In this document: positions 25,757 through 39,075 of the stretch, in pieces
Layout: each line of letters opens with the position of its first letter
Numbering within the stretch: the first letter of the stretch is position 1
Source of the DNA: Squalus acanthias
Lineage: Eukaryota
Direction of reading: 5' to 3'
Assembly: GCA_030390025.1 (NCBI GenBank)
Contig: JASTWF010000326.1
Coordinates: forward strand, 62,001 to 126,000
Length of the DNA stretch: 64,000 nucleotides
The notes under the pieces: model-generated
Seen by the model: only the letters and a program-made list of their open reading frames with translations
Databases searched by the model: none
What the model was told of the DNA's origin: nothing
Program-made: the position numbers and the translations under genes

Positions 25757-28149
25757 GAAGGTTTGAGAGAACTCGGTAAAATGCAATGGTCATTGCCCAC
25801 ATTGACCCGAGGTAACTTGGCCCCCAACAGCATCACTCACAGGAATAAGTGCGCAGCTCTCAAGCTATTGCCAGTAACTTACTTTCATATGCCTCAAAAC
25901 AAATGGTTTAAGAAAAACTTTAAAGCCCGCAGGCTCCTACAGTTATAGCAAAATAGCCTAGGTCTGCAGCACAGAGGTAGCTGGCCAATGAGATCATAAA
26001 AATTCCTCAAGAAAGCTTTCAGGAAACCTTCACATTTGCTCCTTCCAACAGGGCAACACTGAGCATCAGTATGGTAGAAATTTTATGGTGGATTAGTACA
26101 TATAGCACAAGGGAAGACAGTGGAACATGTGAAACACATGCTGCATATTCACCATATATGAACTTAAACTTTACGGTCATTGTTTTATTTTGGAATTCAT
26201 TTTTCTAACAAATAGCAGTAAGGAATGGATTAAAATGGTAAACTAAAGGAAATGGAATATTAAGGTTTCAGTCTTCTGGGAATTATTAATAGTTACTTTG
26301 TAGGCTTCAATGGAAGAAATTAACTCAACCATAGCTGGTAAAGGTGTTGCTTCCTGCAGTACTTGGCTCGTAGTCATCATTCTCCTTTCCCTTCTGTGGG
26401 ATACATTATTGCCGTTCCTCACCCACAATAAGTTCTATGCTTCTTTCTATGCTTACCTTGTGCATCATGCAGCGCACTACAACAATTTTGCCAAATCTCT
26501 TGGAGCATATTGGAAAGCCCCTCTGGCAGCCTCCACAGTGAAGTTCAGGCAGCTCTTCCATCCTCAGTGGGTACAATACGTGGTTAAGTAGCAAATCCTA
26601 GTGGTCCTCCTGCAGTGGTGCTTCTCTGCTGATCTTCTCCTTCAACATGTTAACCCTTGCTGTTATGAACACTCCAGCTCTGTTCAACATCTATTGCTCT
26701 GTCTGGACCTCTGTTGGCTCTCTCCACCACTTGGACACTAGCTTTTATTTGGGTGCCAGTAACACGCTGTGCACTTACAATCAAACCTGACTGCACTTAA
26801 TTGCTTAAATAAAGCTTATCAAACAAAACATTGAGTTCATGTTGATTATAACTGTTCACTCCAGGGACCAATTTCAGGACCATGGACAAAAGTCAGCAAC
26901 CACTCCATTAAAACTACCAGACAAAATTTACTGGTCCTTAATGCACAATTAACAATTTGTGTCAGTCCTGGGTTTTTTTTGGTATATTAGCATAAAGTAG
27001 AGATGTATTGGCTTTGATTTTCAATGTGATTGCAACAGGAATTTTATCATAGTCAAGTGTAACCGTGGAGGGGTCTTTTTGCAACAGTAAATTACTGTCC
27101 ATCTGTAAATTTCTGTAGTGTGTAGTGATCATAAATCAAGGCAAAATAAAATCAATGTGCCCAGTGCATGTAAACATACTGCATGTCATTCTGCGGTATT
27201 TCAGTTCACCCACAGTTTTAATTAGGGTTGAATTTCACTCTAAAACCAAGAAATATTGAAAGTTAAAAGGTCAGCCTTAAAATCTATATGTTCTTACAAG
27301 TCGAAGAGTCAAGAATGCTAAGTAGTTGATAGATTTCATCTTAAAAGCATCTACACTCGATGCCCGGTCAAAACAATACATTAACAAACAGTTATCACAT
27401 ACCAACCACAGACCAGACTGCCACTGGTAAGATGCTGGCAGCTTTCAGTACCTGTCAATTAAAGGGCAAATAGGGGTCCACTGTGATAGATTACAAGTTT
27501 ATTTTGTTTCTAGAAAAGATTACATTTGGTTTTAGAGTGCTGCCTCTTGCAAGGAGTTAACCAGTCTTAGGACATTGGCACTCTCTATCCTTTAAAGCTT
27601 GCAGCAACATTATCTCTCAGATGTATTTTTGAACTTAACGTAAGAAAGAAACAAAGACCTAGCAAAGTGCTTCGCAGTCAATGAAGTACTTTTGAATTGC
27701 AGCGACTGTTCCAATTTAGGAGAATGCGGCAGCCAATTTGTACACTAACGGCAATTCGCTAAATAACCAGATAATCAGTCAAACCACCAATAATTTCCTG
27801 TTGCAAAATGGTCCCTCCACCATTATAGTTGATCAATGTAAGAAATTCCTGTTCACAATCACATTGAAAATCAAAACCCAAACACCTCTGCTGTCATTCT
27901 AATGTTAAACCAAAAAAACCACCAGGGCTGACATTAAATGGTGAATTTTGCATTAAATGGTTAGTAAATTCTGTTTGGTAGCTTTAAATTGAGTAGTTGC
28001 TGACTTTTCTCCATAGTGCTGAAATTGGTCCTGAGAGTGAATAAGTCTAATGAACATGAATTCAATTTATTTGCTTGTTAAGCTTTATTTAAGCAATTAA
28101 GTGGAGTCATGCAAAATTATTCAGGCTTGACTGCAATGAGTTAAGTAAC

Positions 28150-28425
28150 TAGATTATCTATTTTAGTGAAGTTGGTTGAAGAATAAATATTAGCCAAACG
28201 TAGAACTCCTCTGCTCTTTGAAAATACCATGGGATCTTTTACATTCACCTGAAAGGGCAGAGGAGGCCACAATTCAACATCTCATCCCAAAGGTGCCACC
28301 TCTGACATTGCAGCACACAGTCAGTACCATACTGGAGTGTCGGACTAAATTATGGGCTCAAATCTCTGGAGTTAGGCTTGAACCCACGACCTTCTGACTC
28401 AGATTGCTACCACGGAGCCAAGGCA
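28150..28425 (-). mobile_element. tRNA-derived SINE (Deu-domain/SacSINE1-like)
   Basis: Box-B-like GGTTCAAGCC on - strand; body shared with the 28600 and 49495 copies. Confidence 0.6.
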
Positions 28426-28599
28426 GACATCTGGTGTAGAATTTAGAGTGTTGCAATACAAGGCTACAATTAGTTAACATCTGTGAATGGACAGTTTTAT
28501 TAACATAAATCATACTTCTGTTCCATACCGACATATTTGTTGCTCTACCAAATAACTTTTGGCATACAAAACAACTTTGAATTAAGAGCAAACTGCTTG

Positions 28600-29020
28600 A
28601 TGCCTTATCACATCTTTCAGAAAGGCCCTAAATGCTTCACCGACCATTAATTGCTTTTGTGTGCAGTCACTGTAATAATGCAAGTGGCAATTTTTTTTTT
28701 TTTTACTAACAGTAAAATCTTAGAAACATGCCAGCAATGAGAATGAATGAGCACTAAATCTGTTTTTGGGGGGCTGAAGGAAGAATATTGGTTGGGACAC
28801 TTGGCGAACTCCCTGCTCATAGAATAATGCCCCGCAACAGGCAGACAAGACCACAGTTTACTGTCTCATTAGAAGAACACCACCCCAACGTTGCAGCACT
28901 CCCTCAGTATTGCACTGCAGTATTCACCAAGATTGTCTGCTCAAATCCCAGCGTGGAGTTTGAGCCCATGACCCACTGATTCAGAGGCAAGACCATTACC
29001 AACTGAGCCAAACTGACTCT
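28600..29020 (-). mobile_element. tRNA-derived SINE (same family), degenerate
   Basis: Shared core cagcactccctcagta.tgcactg and tRNA-like head. Confidence 0.55.
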
Positions 29021-29242
29021 TAAGCAGAAGAATGAGAGATAACTATGAGAGCCTTTGCAATGGCTCTCATTGGGAAAACTAAAAGGTTGTAGCATGTGGG
29101 TTGAATGGCAAGAATTACTTCTATTGTCTGGAAGCATGCCATTAACAAGTTCTGGGAGCCAGCAACCCAGAAAAAGTCAAAAGACAAACCATAGAAGGAA
29201 GATATGGAGGCTGAGACACAAAAAACACGAAAGGACAGAGAC

Positions 29243-30410
29243 AGAGGTGAGGTGAGTGACTGCCCTTGACATCAAGGCAGCATTTGACCGAGTGTGGCAT
29301 CAAGGAGCCCTAATAAAAGTGAAGTCAATGGGAATCGGGGAGAAAACTCTCCACTGTTGGAGTCAAACCTAGAACAAAGGAAAATGGTTGTGGTGGTTGA
29401 AGGTCAATCATCACAGCCCCAGGACATCGCTGCAGGAGTTCCTCAGGGCAGTGTCCTAGGCCCAACCATCTTCAGCTGCTTCCTCAATGACCTTCCCTCC
29501 AACATAAGGTCAGAAATGGAGAGGTTTGCTGATGACTGCACAGTGTCCAGTGCCATTCACAACTCCTCAGGTAATGAAGCAGTCCATGCCTGCATGCAAC
29601 AAGATCTGGACGACTTTCAGGCTTGGGCTGATAAGTGGCAGGTAATATTCGTGTCACAGAAGTGCCAGGCAATGACTATCTCCAACAAGCGAGAGTCTAA
29701 CCACCGCCCCTTGACATTCAACAGCATTACCATCACCGAATCCTCCACCATCAACATCCTGGGGGTCACCATTGACCAGAAACTTAACTGGACCAGCCAT
29801 ATAAATACTGTGGCAACAAGAGCAGGTCAGAGGCTAGGTATTCTGTAGCGAGTGTCTCACCTCCCGACTCCCCAAAGCCTTTCCACCATCTACAAGACAC
29901 AAATAAGGAGTGTGATGGAATACTCTCAACTTGCCTGGATGAGTGCAGCTCTAACAACACTCAAGAAGCTCAACACCATCCAGGACAAAGCACCCCATCC
30001 ACCACCGTAAACATTCACTCCCTGCACCACCGGCGCACCGTGGCTGCAGTGTGTACCATCTACAAGAGGCACTGCAGCAACTCACCAAGGCTTCTTCGGC
30101 AGCACCTCCCAAACCCGCAACCTCTACCACCTAGAAGGACAAAGGCAGCAGGCGCATGGGAACACCACCATCTCCAAGTTCCCCTCCAAGTCACACACCA
30201 TCCTAACTTAGAAGTATATTGCCGATCCTTCATCATCGCTGGGTCAAAATCCTGGAACTCCCTACCTAACTGCACTGTGGGAGTACCTTCACCACATGGA
30301 CTGCAGCGGTTTAAGGCGGCGGCTCACCACTACCTTCTCAAGGGCAATTAGGGATGGGCAATAAATGCTGGCCCTGCCAGCGATGCCCACATCCCATAAA
30401 TGAATAAAAA
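29243..30410 (+). mobile_element. CR1-clade LINE family B, RT to 3' end
   Basis: [37 protein letters not shown]; tail aatgaataaaaa. Confidence 0.93.
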
Positions 30411-31233
30411 AGATGAAGAGTTTTAATCATCCACTAGCCTTGAAGCTGAAGTTACCACCCTTGTAGCTCAGAAAATATATTTAAACCAGTGGATATTGTA
30501 GTGTTACTGAAGTTGGAGGATGTGTTATTATATAAGGAAAGGAGCATTTTATGTACAATCTAGAAATCATTGCTCTGCTCCATAGTTCTAATCCAGGTGC
30601 CAATAGTGTAAACTTATATTTGAATGAATCCCTTTGAGTGGAAGGATGATGAGTACTTTATTGTGTATATGTATAGGTATCACCACGGAGAAGGTAGGTG
30701 AGGCATAAACCTTTACCATTGGGGTGCAAAGGGAATCATACAAATGAACATCAAAATATGCATTTTAAAATGGTTTCAATTTTTTGAGAGACTTTGCTTT
30801 GAAGCATTGGACAAAAGTGGGCAGCTAACCACAACCTAGCGAAGAATCCAACATGTATGATCATATACAAATATAACATTTGCAGTAAAAAACTGTATCA
30901 AGGTGCTACACAGAGAAAAACATAAAAAGTAACTTCTACATCTACACAACACGCTGCAAAATCTCTACAATAATTCTTTATAGGTTGTACATGATAAATG
31001 TACAGCCTCTTAGTTTAGGCAGGCTATTTTGATTGACAGTTACAAATTATGTATCCCTTGTCTACAGTGATTCAGGTTTAGGACTGTCAAACTTATTTTA
31101 CAGGCAGCCTATCAGAAAAGAAATCTTAAATCTACGAGAAGTGTCACATCAAATTTCTACAACAGGAAACTGCTGACGATTCAAATACATGATTATCAAT
31201 CTACTGTCCTTCGAGTTTACATAGTTAACCAAC

Positions 31234-31365
31234 CTCTCTTTCCTTCACAACAAATTGGAAAAGTATGGTCTTTTGAAAAGAACACAGCTATAGGAAGTTC
31301 CCAATCTTGAGCATGCCCTTGGGGAAGGGGTGGCGTGGCGTTTAGTGAGGCAAGACATTTGCCCA
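31234..31365 (-). pseudogene. Exon remnant, likely start of REJ module
   Basis: Strong acceptor ttgttttgtcctcccttgcag|; GKCLASLNATPPLPQGHAQDWELPIAVFFSKDHTFPICCEGKR. Confidence 0.45.
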
Positions 31366-31596
31366 CTGCAAGGGAGGACAAAACAACAGTGGAGAGAATC
31401 ATTTCAGTTCATTCTCATCTACCTGTTATAAGTGCCCAACCTTCCCTTTTGGCCTGTGAATAATTTATAGTATCCAGAGATCTAAAACGTATGTATGCTC
31501 TCCAGGGTTAAACTCTATGAACCGAATGCTAGGAGTTGTGCATTCGAGTCAGATGAACCAACTTCTGGAACATTGCTTCTCATACCACTTTGGCTC

Positions 31597-33278
31597 TAGG
31601 TGGCGAAACAAGGGTCTAATGAGGGTGAGGAACTTAACGTAATTAATATAAGTAGAGAAAAAGTACTAGAGAAACTAATGGGACTAAAAGCTGACAAATC
31701 CCCTGGGCCTGATGGCCTACATCCTAGGGTTCTAAAAGAGGTGACTGAAGGGATAGTGGATGCATTGGTTTTAATCTTCCAAAATGCCCCAGATTCTGGT
31801 GAGGTTCCAGCGGATTGGAAGGTCGCAAATGTAATACCGCTATTCAAGAAAGGAGGGAGAGAAAACAGGGAACTACAGGCCAGTTAGCCTGACATCAGTC
31901 ATCAGGAAAATGCTGGAATCCATTGTTAAGGAAGTAGTATCAAGTCACTTAGAAAATCATAACATGATTAGGCAGAGTCAACATGGTTTTATGAAAGGGA
32001 AATCATGTTTGACAAATTTATTAGAGTTTTTTGAGGATGTAACTAGCAGGGTAGATAAAGGGGAACCAGTGGTTGTAGTATATTTGGATTTTCAAAAAGG
32101 CATTCGATAAGGTGCCACATAAAAGATTATTACATACGATTAGGGCTCATGGGGTTGGGGGTAATATAGTAGCATAGATAAAGGATTGGTTAACGGACTG
32201 AAAACAGAGAGTAGGGATAAATGGATCTTTTTCAGGTTGGCAGGCTGTAACTAGTGGGGTGCCGCAAGGATCAGTGTTGGGGCCTCAACTATTTACAATC
32301 TATATTAATGACCTAGATGAAGGGACCGAGTGTAATGTATCCAAGTTTGCTGATGATGCAAAGCTAGGTGGGACAGTAAGCTGTGAGGAGAACACAAAGA
32401 GTCTGCAAAGGGATATAGACAGACTAAGTGAGTGGGCAGTAAGGTGGCAGATGGAGTATAATGTAGGGAAATGTGAGGTTATTCACTTTGGTAGGAAGAA
32501 TAGAAAAACAGAATATTTTTTAAATGGTGAGAAACTTTCAAATGTTGGTGTTCAGAGAGATTTGGGTGTCCTCGTACAAGAAACACAGAAAGCTAGCATG
32601 CAGGTACAGCAAGCAATAAGGAAGGCAAATGGCATGTTGGCCTTTATTGCAAGGGGGTTGGAGTATAGGAGTAAGGACGTCTTGCTACAATTGTACACGG
32701 CCTTGGTGAGACCACACCTGGAGTACTGTGCACAGTTCTGGTCTCCTTATCTAAGGAAGGATATACTTGCCTTGGAGGTGGTGCAATGAAGGTTCACTAG
32801 ATTGATTCCTGGGATGGGAGGGCTGTCCTATGATGAGAGATTGTGTAGAATGGGCCTATACTCTGGAGTTTAGAAGATTGATAGGGGATCTCATTGAAAC
32901 ATAAAAGATTCTGAAGGGGATTGACAGGGTAGATGCTGAGAGGTTGTTTCCCCTGGCTGGAGTGTCTAGAACTAGGGGGCATAGTCTCAGGATAAGGGGT
33001 AGGCCATTTAAGACTGAGATGAGGAGGAATTTCTTCACTCAGAGGGTTGTGAATCTTTGGAATTCTCTGCCCCAGAGGGCTGTGAATGCTGAGTTTTTGA
33101 TTATACTCAAGGCTGAGCTAGATAGATTTTTGGTCTCATGGGGAATCAAGGGATATGGAGATCGGGCGGGAAAGTGGAGTTGAGGTCGATTATCAGTCAT
33201 GATCTTATTGAATGGCGGAGCAGGCTCGAGGGGCCGTATGGCCTGCACCTACTCTTACTTCTTATGTTCTTATGTTCT
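31597..33278 (+). mobile_element. CR1 LINE, 5'-truncated
   Basis: [30 protein letters not shown]; tail (ttcttatg)n. Confidence 0.96.
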
Positions 33279-33924
33279 TAGACAATGGAGGGTGTTCAGA
33301 TACTTCCTGTGAGCAATTCAGACTCATTGGCCCCCAAATTACACACAGTTTATGGCAGGACTGCAGCATAAAATAAGGACAAGTACTTCCTTTGGTCAAC
33401 AAATTGAGGTGGAAACCATTTCTGCCAGTTTTCAGCCCAAAATTATTTCCCCCAAATTTCTGAGTGAGATTTGGCCCTTCCCACAAACCACCCACTGAGT
33501 CACCAGCCACTAAATTGCCAAGTATTGTAATTACAGTGAGTGGCACTGCAGTCCCAAATGTCCTGGATTGATGCTTGTAATTCACTAGGAATAAGTTTGA
33601 GCAATATCAGGTTCAGCTATTGCCAGGATTGGCTGGGACTGGTGGAAGTATGTAGTTTTTGAGCCTGGATACTGCTGAAAGTTTGAATAGCAATTGCTGC
33701 AGCTAGGAACAATTTTTTGGAGCAGTTTACTTTCGCCTGCATCCTGGACAGCCTCAGACTTGCTTCTGACAACCTGTGGGAGTTTGAGACCACCTGGACA
33801 TCTTGATTCCCACCCTTCCTCCACCCACAGTCAAAGGCTTCTCTGGTATGTATTTGTTTTATTGGTATACCTTTGTATGCAATTTTCAGAGAAGGAGGAG
33901 GATAACATAACAAATTCACAAGTT

Positions 33925-34450
33925 AATTATAGATGAGGGAGGCCAATCAGTTCATCTTAATTCATCCATACAGAGAGGTTCTAACGTTCTCCAACTGTAG
34001 CACTGAATTGTTTCTTAAATGATTCCCAGGTTCTGCCTCCACTTCTCTATCTGGAAGTTTATTCTACATGTTGATCACTCTTTGTTTGAAGAATTTCCTG
34101 GTATCTGTCCTACAAGTACCCTTCCCTGGTTTGCATCTGTGCCCCCATGTTCTGCTCCCACAATTTAATTTGAAGAAAAAATCTGGGTTCATTTTCTATA
34201 CCCTTAATAACCTTGTATACCTCAAAGATTATCTCACAGACAATCTTCTGGGCTGAAAAGCCCACGTTTCTCCAATCTTTCCTCATAATTCAGACCCTGA
34301 TATTGGGGATTAGCCTCGTGGCTCTTTCTTCTCTGTACTGCCTCCCGTGCTCAATGCAGTATTCAAGGAATGGCCTGACCAGAGCACTAGACAGGTTGGT
34401 CATTACCTCCTTTGACATCTATTTTACCATTTTTGGCTATATCATTCTTT
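33925..34450 (-). mobile_element. Degenerate CR1 3' fragment
   Basis: Reverse-complement resemblance to the CR1 ORF2 C-terminus and 3' UTR. Confidence 0.55.
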
Positions 34451-34549
34451 AATCATTAGGGGATTCCGTTCGGAAATGACAGCAATAAAATTCTCCTTTC
34501 TGATAGGAGGACCTGGCCCACGTGATCGTAGGGACGCTAGAAATCATTG

Positions 34550-35105
34550 GTTAGGCCTCAGCTGGAGTATTGTGGACAGTTCTGGGCACGTCAGGAAAGA
34601 TGTAAAGGCCTTAGAAAGGGTACAGAAGAGGTTTACCAGGATGTTACCAGGGAGGTGAGACTTCAGTTATGAGGATAGGTAAGGAAAGTTAGGACTGTTC
34701 CCCTCAGCAGAGATGGTTAAGAAGCGACCTAATCGAGGTTTTCAAGATGATGAGAGGCTTTAATAGAGCAGATAGAGAAAAATTATTCCTTCTGGCGTGA
34801 GTCAATAACTAGAGGTCATAGATTCAAAATCATTGGCAAAAGATCTAGAGGGTAGACAAGGAGAATTTTTTTCCACTCAGTTGTCGAGATCTGGAACGCC
34901 CTACCTGAAAAGGTGGTGGAACCGGATTCCATAAATAATTTTTAAGTGAGTTGCCAGGTGCTTAAGGATGAGGAACTATCAGGGTTACGGACAAAAGGCG
35001 GGGATGTGGGACTAAGGATGACTGCTCTTTCAAAGAGCCAGCACAGGCATGAAAGGCCAAATGGCCTCGTTCTGTGCTGTAAGTTTCTATGATTCTATGA
35101 TTCAT
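34550..35105 (+). mobile_element. CR1 LINE 3' fragment
   Basis: RKDVKALERVQKRFTRMLPG; tail ttctatgattctatgatt. Confidence 0.88.
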
Positions 35106-35662
35106 AATTAATGTTCACTGTTGCCCTCTCTGCTCAGTTTTAGCCCGCTGCCGAGGAATGTTCTTGACCCCATTGCTGCTCAGTGCCATCCAATTGTACA
35201 GAACTGTATAGATTCTCAATGAGGATATCTGCAAGAATCACATATCCTGCAATGTATCACAAACCAAGTACAAATATACATTTTCAGTTCAATAAAAATT
35301 TGGATGAATAAAAAGAATTAGCAACTATGGTGTATGGTTACACCATTTCCACCCTCTCCAGCATAAACTCAAAAGTAGACTAATGTATTATCACATGGTT
35401 TAGTATGAGCATGCTCAGTTCGCTCTGGCCTGGTAAAGCAAGCTCATGAACGAGCAACTGGTGTCTCTGTCCTTCATTTGTTCTGCATAGACAATCTTGA
35501 ACTGCCAAACCTATACAATGCCTGCATCATCATAAGCTACATCAATAAATCCAGGAAACAGTCTGAATTTACTTTAATCCGTTAGTTGCAGATGATTTAA
35601 CACACAGTCTCCAGATAACTGTAACTTTGAAATGAACCCAAGCAAAGAGTCTCATTAATTAC

Positions 35663-35771
35663 CATCTCTGATGTGAGTGAAAAGCACCATCAATAAATCT
35701 ACAGAACTGGAGATAGTAGAGTGCACATCATAAAATGTAAAAGTAAAAGCAATTATAGGGTAAATGCGAGC
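35663..35771 (-). pseudogene. Exon remnant of the minus-strand gene
   Basis: catcttccag| ... GATG|gtaatt; 109 nt open, ARIYPIIAFTFTFYDV...HIRD; phase compatible with the 31365 exon. Confidence 0.45.
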
Positions 35772-35934
35772 CTGGAAGATGCAGTCTATTCTGGCAAATA
35801 TATACAGTTTAGCCACTGTAATAAGCAATATTTGTATTTTAAAAGTGAAAGTTGAGATTTTAAACATACTGAAAATATAACGTGCAATTAATAGTTACTT
35901 TTTTTTGTGGATATGTGATATATTGAAGGTTGCA

Positions 35935-36290
35935 GGGTGATCTAATTGAAGTGTTTAAAATGATAAAGGGATTTGATAGGATAGATACAGGATAACTAAT
36001 TCCTTTGGTGGAATCTTAAAATTAGAGCTAAGCCATTTAAGAGTGAAATCAGGAAACACTTGTTCCAAACAAAGGGTAATGGAAATCTGTAACTCTCTTC
36101 CACAAAAGGCTGTGGGTGCTGGGTCAATTAAAATTTTCAAGACTGAGATCAATAGATTTTTTGTTAAGTAACGGTTTCAAGGGATATGGATCAAAGGGAG
36201 GTAAATGAAGTTGAGGTACATATCAGTCATGATCTGACTGAATGGTGGAACAGGCTCAAGGGGCTGAATGGCCTACTCCTGTTCCTATAT
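35935..36290 (+). mobile_element. CR1 LINE 3' fragment
   Basis: Similar to 8570-8946; aatggcctactcctgttcctat. Confidence 0.85.
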
Positions 36291-37029
36291 ATTAGCAATG
36301 AGTTGAGTTCAGTTTTTATGGTGTACTCTTGATGCAAAGCCAATGGCTGTTTTGAAAGTAAAATATATCAGAGCTGTGAAAAGGAGGCAATTTTTAGGAC
36401 TTACATTAAAAGTGTTGCCAAATTTGTGATTCTCAGGCAATGTCCAAGTAGAAATCTTAAGGTAGCATCAAAGTGGAGTAACGGGAGTGAAGAACGACAG
36501 CTTTAAATCTCATTGCCACTACCTCAAGACTCCCACTTTGACATTGCACAAGGACACTGAGAATTGAGAGTATTGAGCATTATGATCAACAAGTCACATA
36601 GATTGCAAGCCTATTTAAATATATAGAGCTGTATTTATTTTTCCAGAGTTGCATACATCAAAATGGGTCACATTTTTAAACCAAAGTGAGTGATTGCCAC
36701 TCTAATGAGTGGTACTTGGAAGCCTTGAATACACATCAGAGCTGGTGAGTTTATGAGGCAATAAATGGCTCCTACGCACTGAAGAAATGACAGTCACAAA
36801 CCAAGCCATTTGAGAGCATTTGGAACCATTTTTCTGAGTAATTTTGACAGCTATTACACATTAGGTCATTGTTTATTTTTCATACTTTTTTGAAATATTT
36901 TAAAAATCTGGAAGGAGGCAATATTTCTTTCACTGGTTTGATCTTGTTTTTATTATGAAGTTGTATGTACTCAGGATAGTGATTTAGAAATTAGTGTAAA
37001 AAATTGTATTTTTACATTTAATAAGGTTA

Positions 37030-37400
37030 CTTAAAAATTCAAATGAACACATTTTATTTGAAGGTAGTTTATTTTTCACTTCAGAAGAAACATGTATTGA
37101 TATACTTGCATACGCTTCCACGGTAACACTGAATGTGCAGGTACTGCTTTCTTGTGCTTTTATAATGGAATCTTTACATGTGGAATATATTTTTCTCCAC
37201 TGCAAGTCTCCAGCTCATCTGAATTGTCAGGGTTCAGTTGTGTACTGCCAGTGAGCCACCAGTTATAACATCTGGTACAGGAGTAATGTTTGGCCAAATT
37301 GTTAGACCCACTTTGATTCTTAATGTCAGCTTCCATTTTGAATGGTTGTGGCTGGTTAAGAGGTACTCTATGTGGTATAATTATTGATATGCTAGTGGAT
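37030..37400 (-). pseudogene. PKD1-like exon remnant with frameshift (PKD domain)
   Basis: VPLNQ...SGSNNLA resembles PKD1 VPTNG...SGANATA; the second frame gives TFSVTVEAYASIS (PKD beta-strand pattern). Confidence 0.45.
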
Positions 37401-37519
37401 ATACCCACAGTTGACCTTCACTCAAAGGCAACACAAACGGAGTATCATTATAACATAACATAACATTATGGATACAATGACAGAGAAATGTCTATATACC
37501 TTTATATATTTATCTTTAT

Positions 37520-38156
37520 ACCACATATCTGCCATAACTAAGACCGCCTATTTCCACCTCCGTAACATCACCCAACTCCACCCCTGCCTCAGCTCATCTG
37601 CTGCTGAAACCTTCATCCATGCCTTTGTTACCTCTAGACTTGACTATTACAACACACTCCTGGCTGGCCTCCCACGTTTTACCCTACGTAAACTTAAGGT
37701 CATCCAAAACTCAACTGCTCACGTCCTAACTCGCACCAAGTCCCATTCACCCATCACCCCTGTACTTGCTGACCTACAATGTCTCGATTTTAAAATTCTC
37801 ATCCTTATTTTCAAAATCCCTCCATGGCCTCGCACCCCCTATCTCTAATCTCCTTCAGCCCCACAACCCCAAGATATCTGCACTCCTCTAATTCTGGCCT
37901 CTTGAGCACCCCTGATTTTAATCGCTCAACCATTGGTGGCTGTGCCTTCAGCTGCCTAGGCCCTAAATTCGAATTCCCTCCCTAAACCTCTCTTTCCTCC
38001 TTTAAGATGTTGCCTAAAACCTACCTCTTTGACCAAGTCTGCCCTCATTTCTCCTTAAATGGCTTGGTGTCAAATCTTGTTTTATAACACTCCTGTGAAG
38101 CGCCTTGGAACATTTTACTACTTTAAAGGCGCTATATAAATACAAGTTGCTGTTGT
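37520..38156 (+). mobile_element. L2 LINE 3' part
   Basis: TAYFHLRNI, HAFVTSRLDYYN, HSPITPVLADL; L2 tail. Confidence 0.9.
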
Positions 38157-39075
38157 AAGAATGTAAGAAACTTTAAAAATAAAATTGTAGCTTTGTTTCC
38201 TCTATGTAAAAATATACTGCGTAACAGCTCACACATCAGTATTGGCATCTTTACACGGGGGAATATTACACTGCAGGCTCTCGCCCATCATTTCTCACAA
38301 GGTGTGTACCCAATTTCAACTGTGCCATTCAGACAGATGCAAAGTGGAGGCCAGGCATTTCACACAGGGCAGGTGGATGGTGGAGGAAATCTTGAGTGAC
38401 TTGCACAGTGGCCAGTTCAAGAGCAATATTGGATTAGCTTTCTCCCCCTGCCCCCAATTGTGAAACTTTACACAACACAGGTTAACAAAAAGGAGGGCAC
38501 ATAAACAAATTTATAATGCAACAAAGAAAAATTCATATAAACAACTTGTATACCAATCAATGTATGAAGCACACACTTAAATGCCTCATTCTGCAGAAAC
38601 CAGTGCTGCTCCTTAATTGACTTTCGCCAACCTAATCAATCAGGGGCAACATACCCAAGTCACAACAAATAGTCTGGGGATTACTAGGCTGTTATGTAGC
38701 TCAATGATCTATTACAATGGGTAGTCGACGATGCATCGGTGTGTTAGTATCCAACCAGCGATTTAATGAATTGACTGCATTATTATGGGGGGGGGGGGGG
38801 GGGGGGGGGAAATGTAAGATTCATTTTGAACCTTCGCAGTATGATTTCACTTACCCTGTTTACATAACGTTACAATGCTTAGAAATAAGTTTCCCTTCAA
38901 GGGTTTCCTTTGCTGCAGTAAATAACAAAGCTCCACAATAACATTAGAGCCAAATTCTTCACCTTGAAATGGGAAAAGTAGATTCACATAATGCAGCTCT
39001 TGATTGCAATACAAATATTTTCAAATCTTTCCAGTATGAGAACAACAAAGCTACGAGAATCAAGTGAATTACAAA

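Noticed and set aside
26300..26780. Additional Myb/SANT remnant on the minus strand
   Set aside because: Only faint motifs (KEKIS..., TAGGP); too degenerate to support.
28340..28425. tRNA gene
   Set aside because: Box-B-like motif belongs to a SINE head; no cloverleaf.
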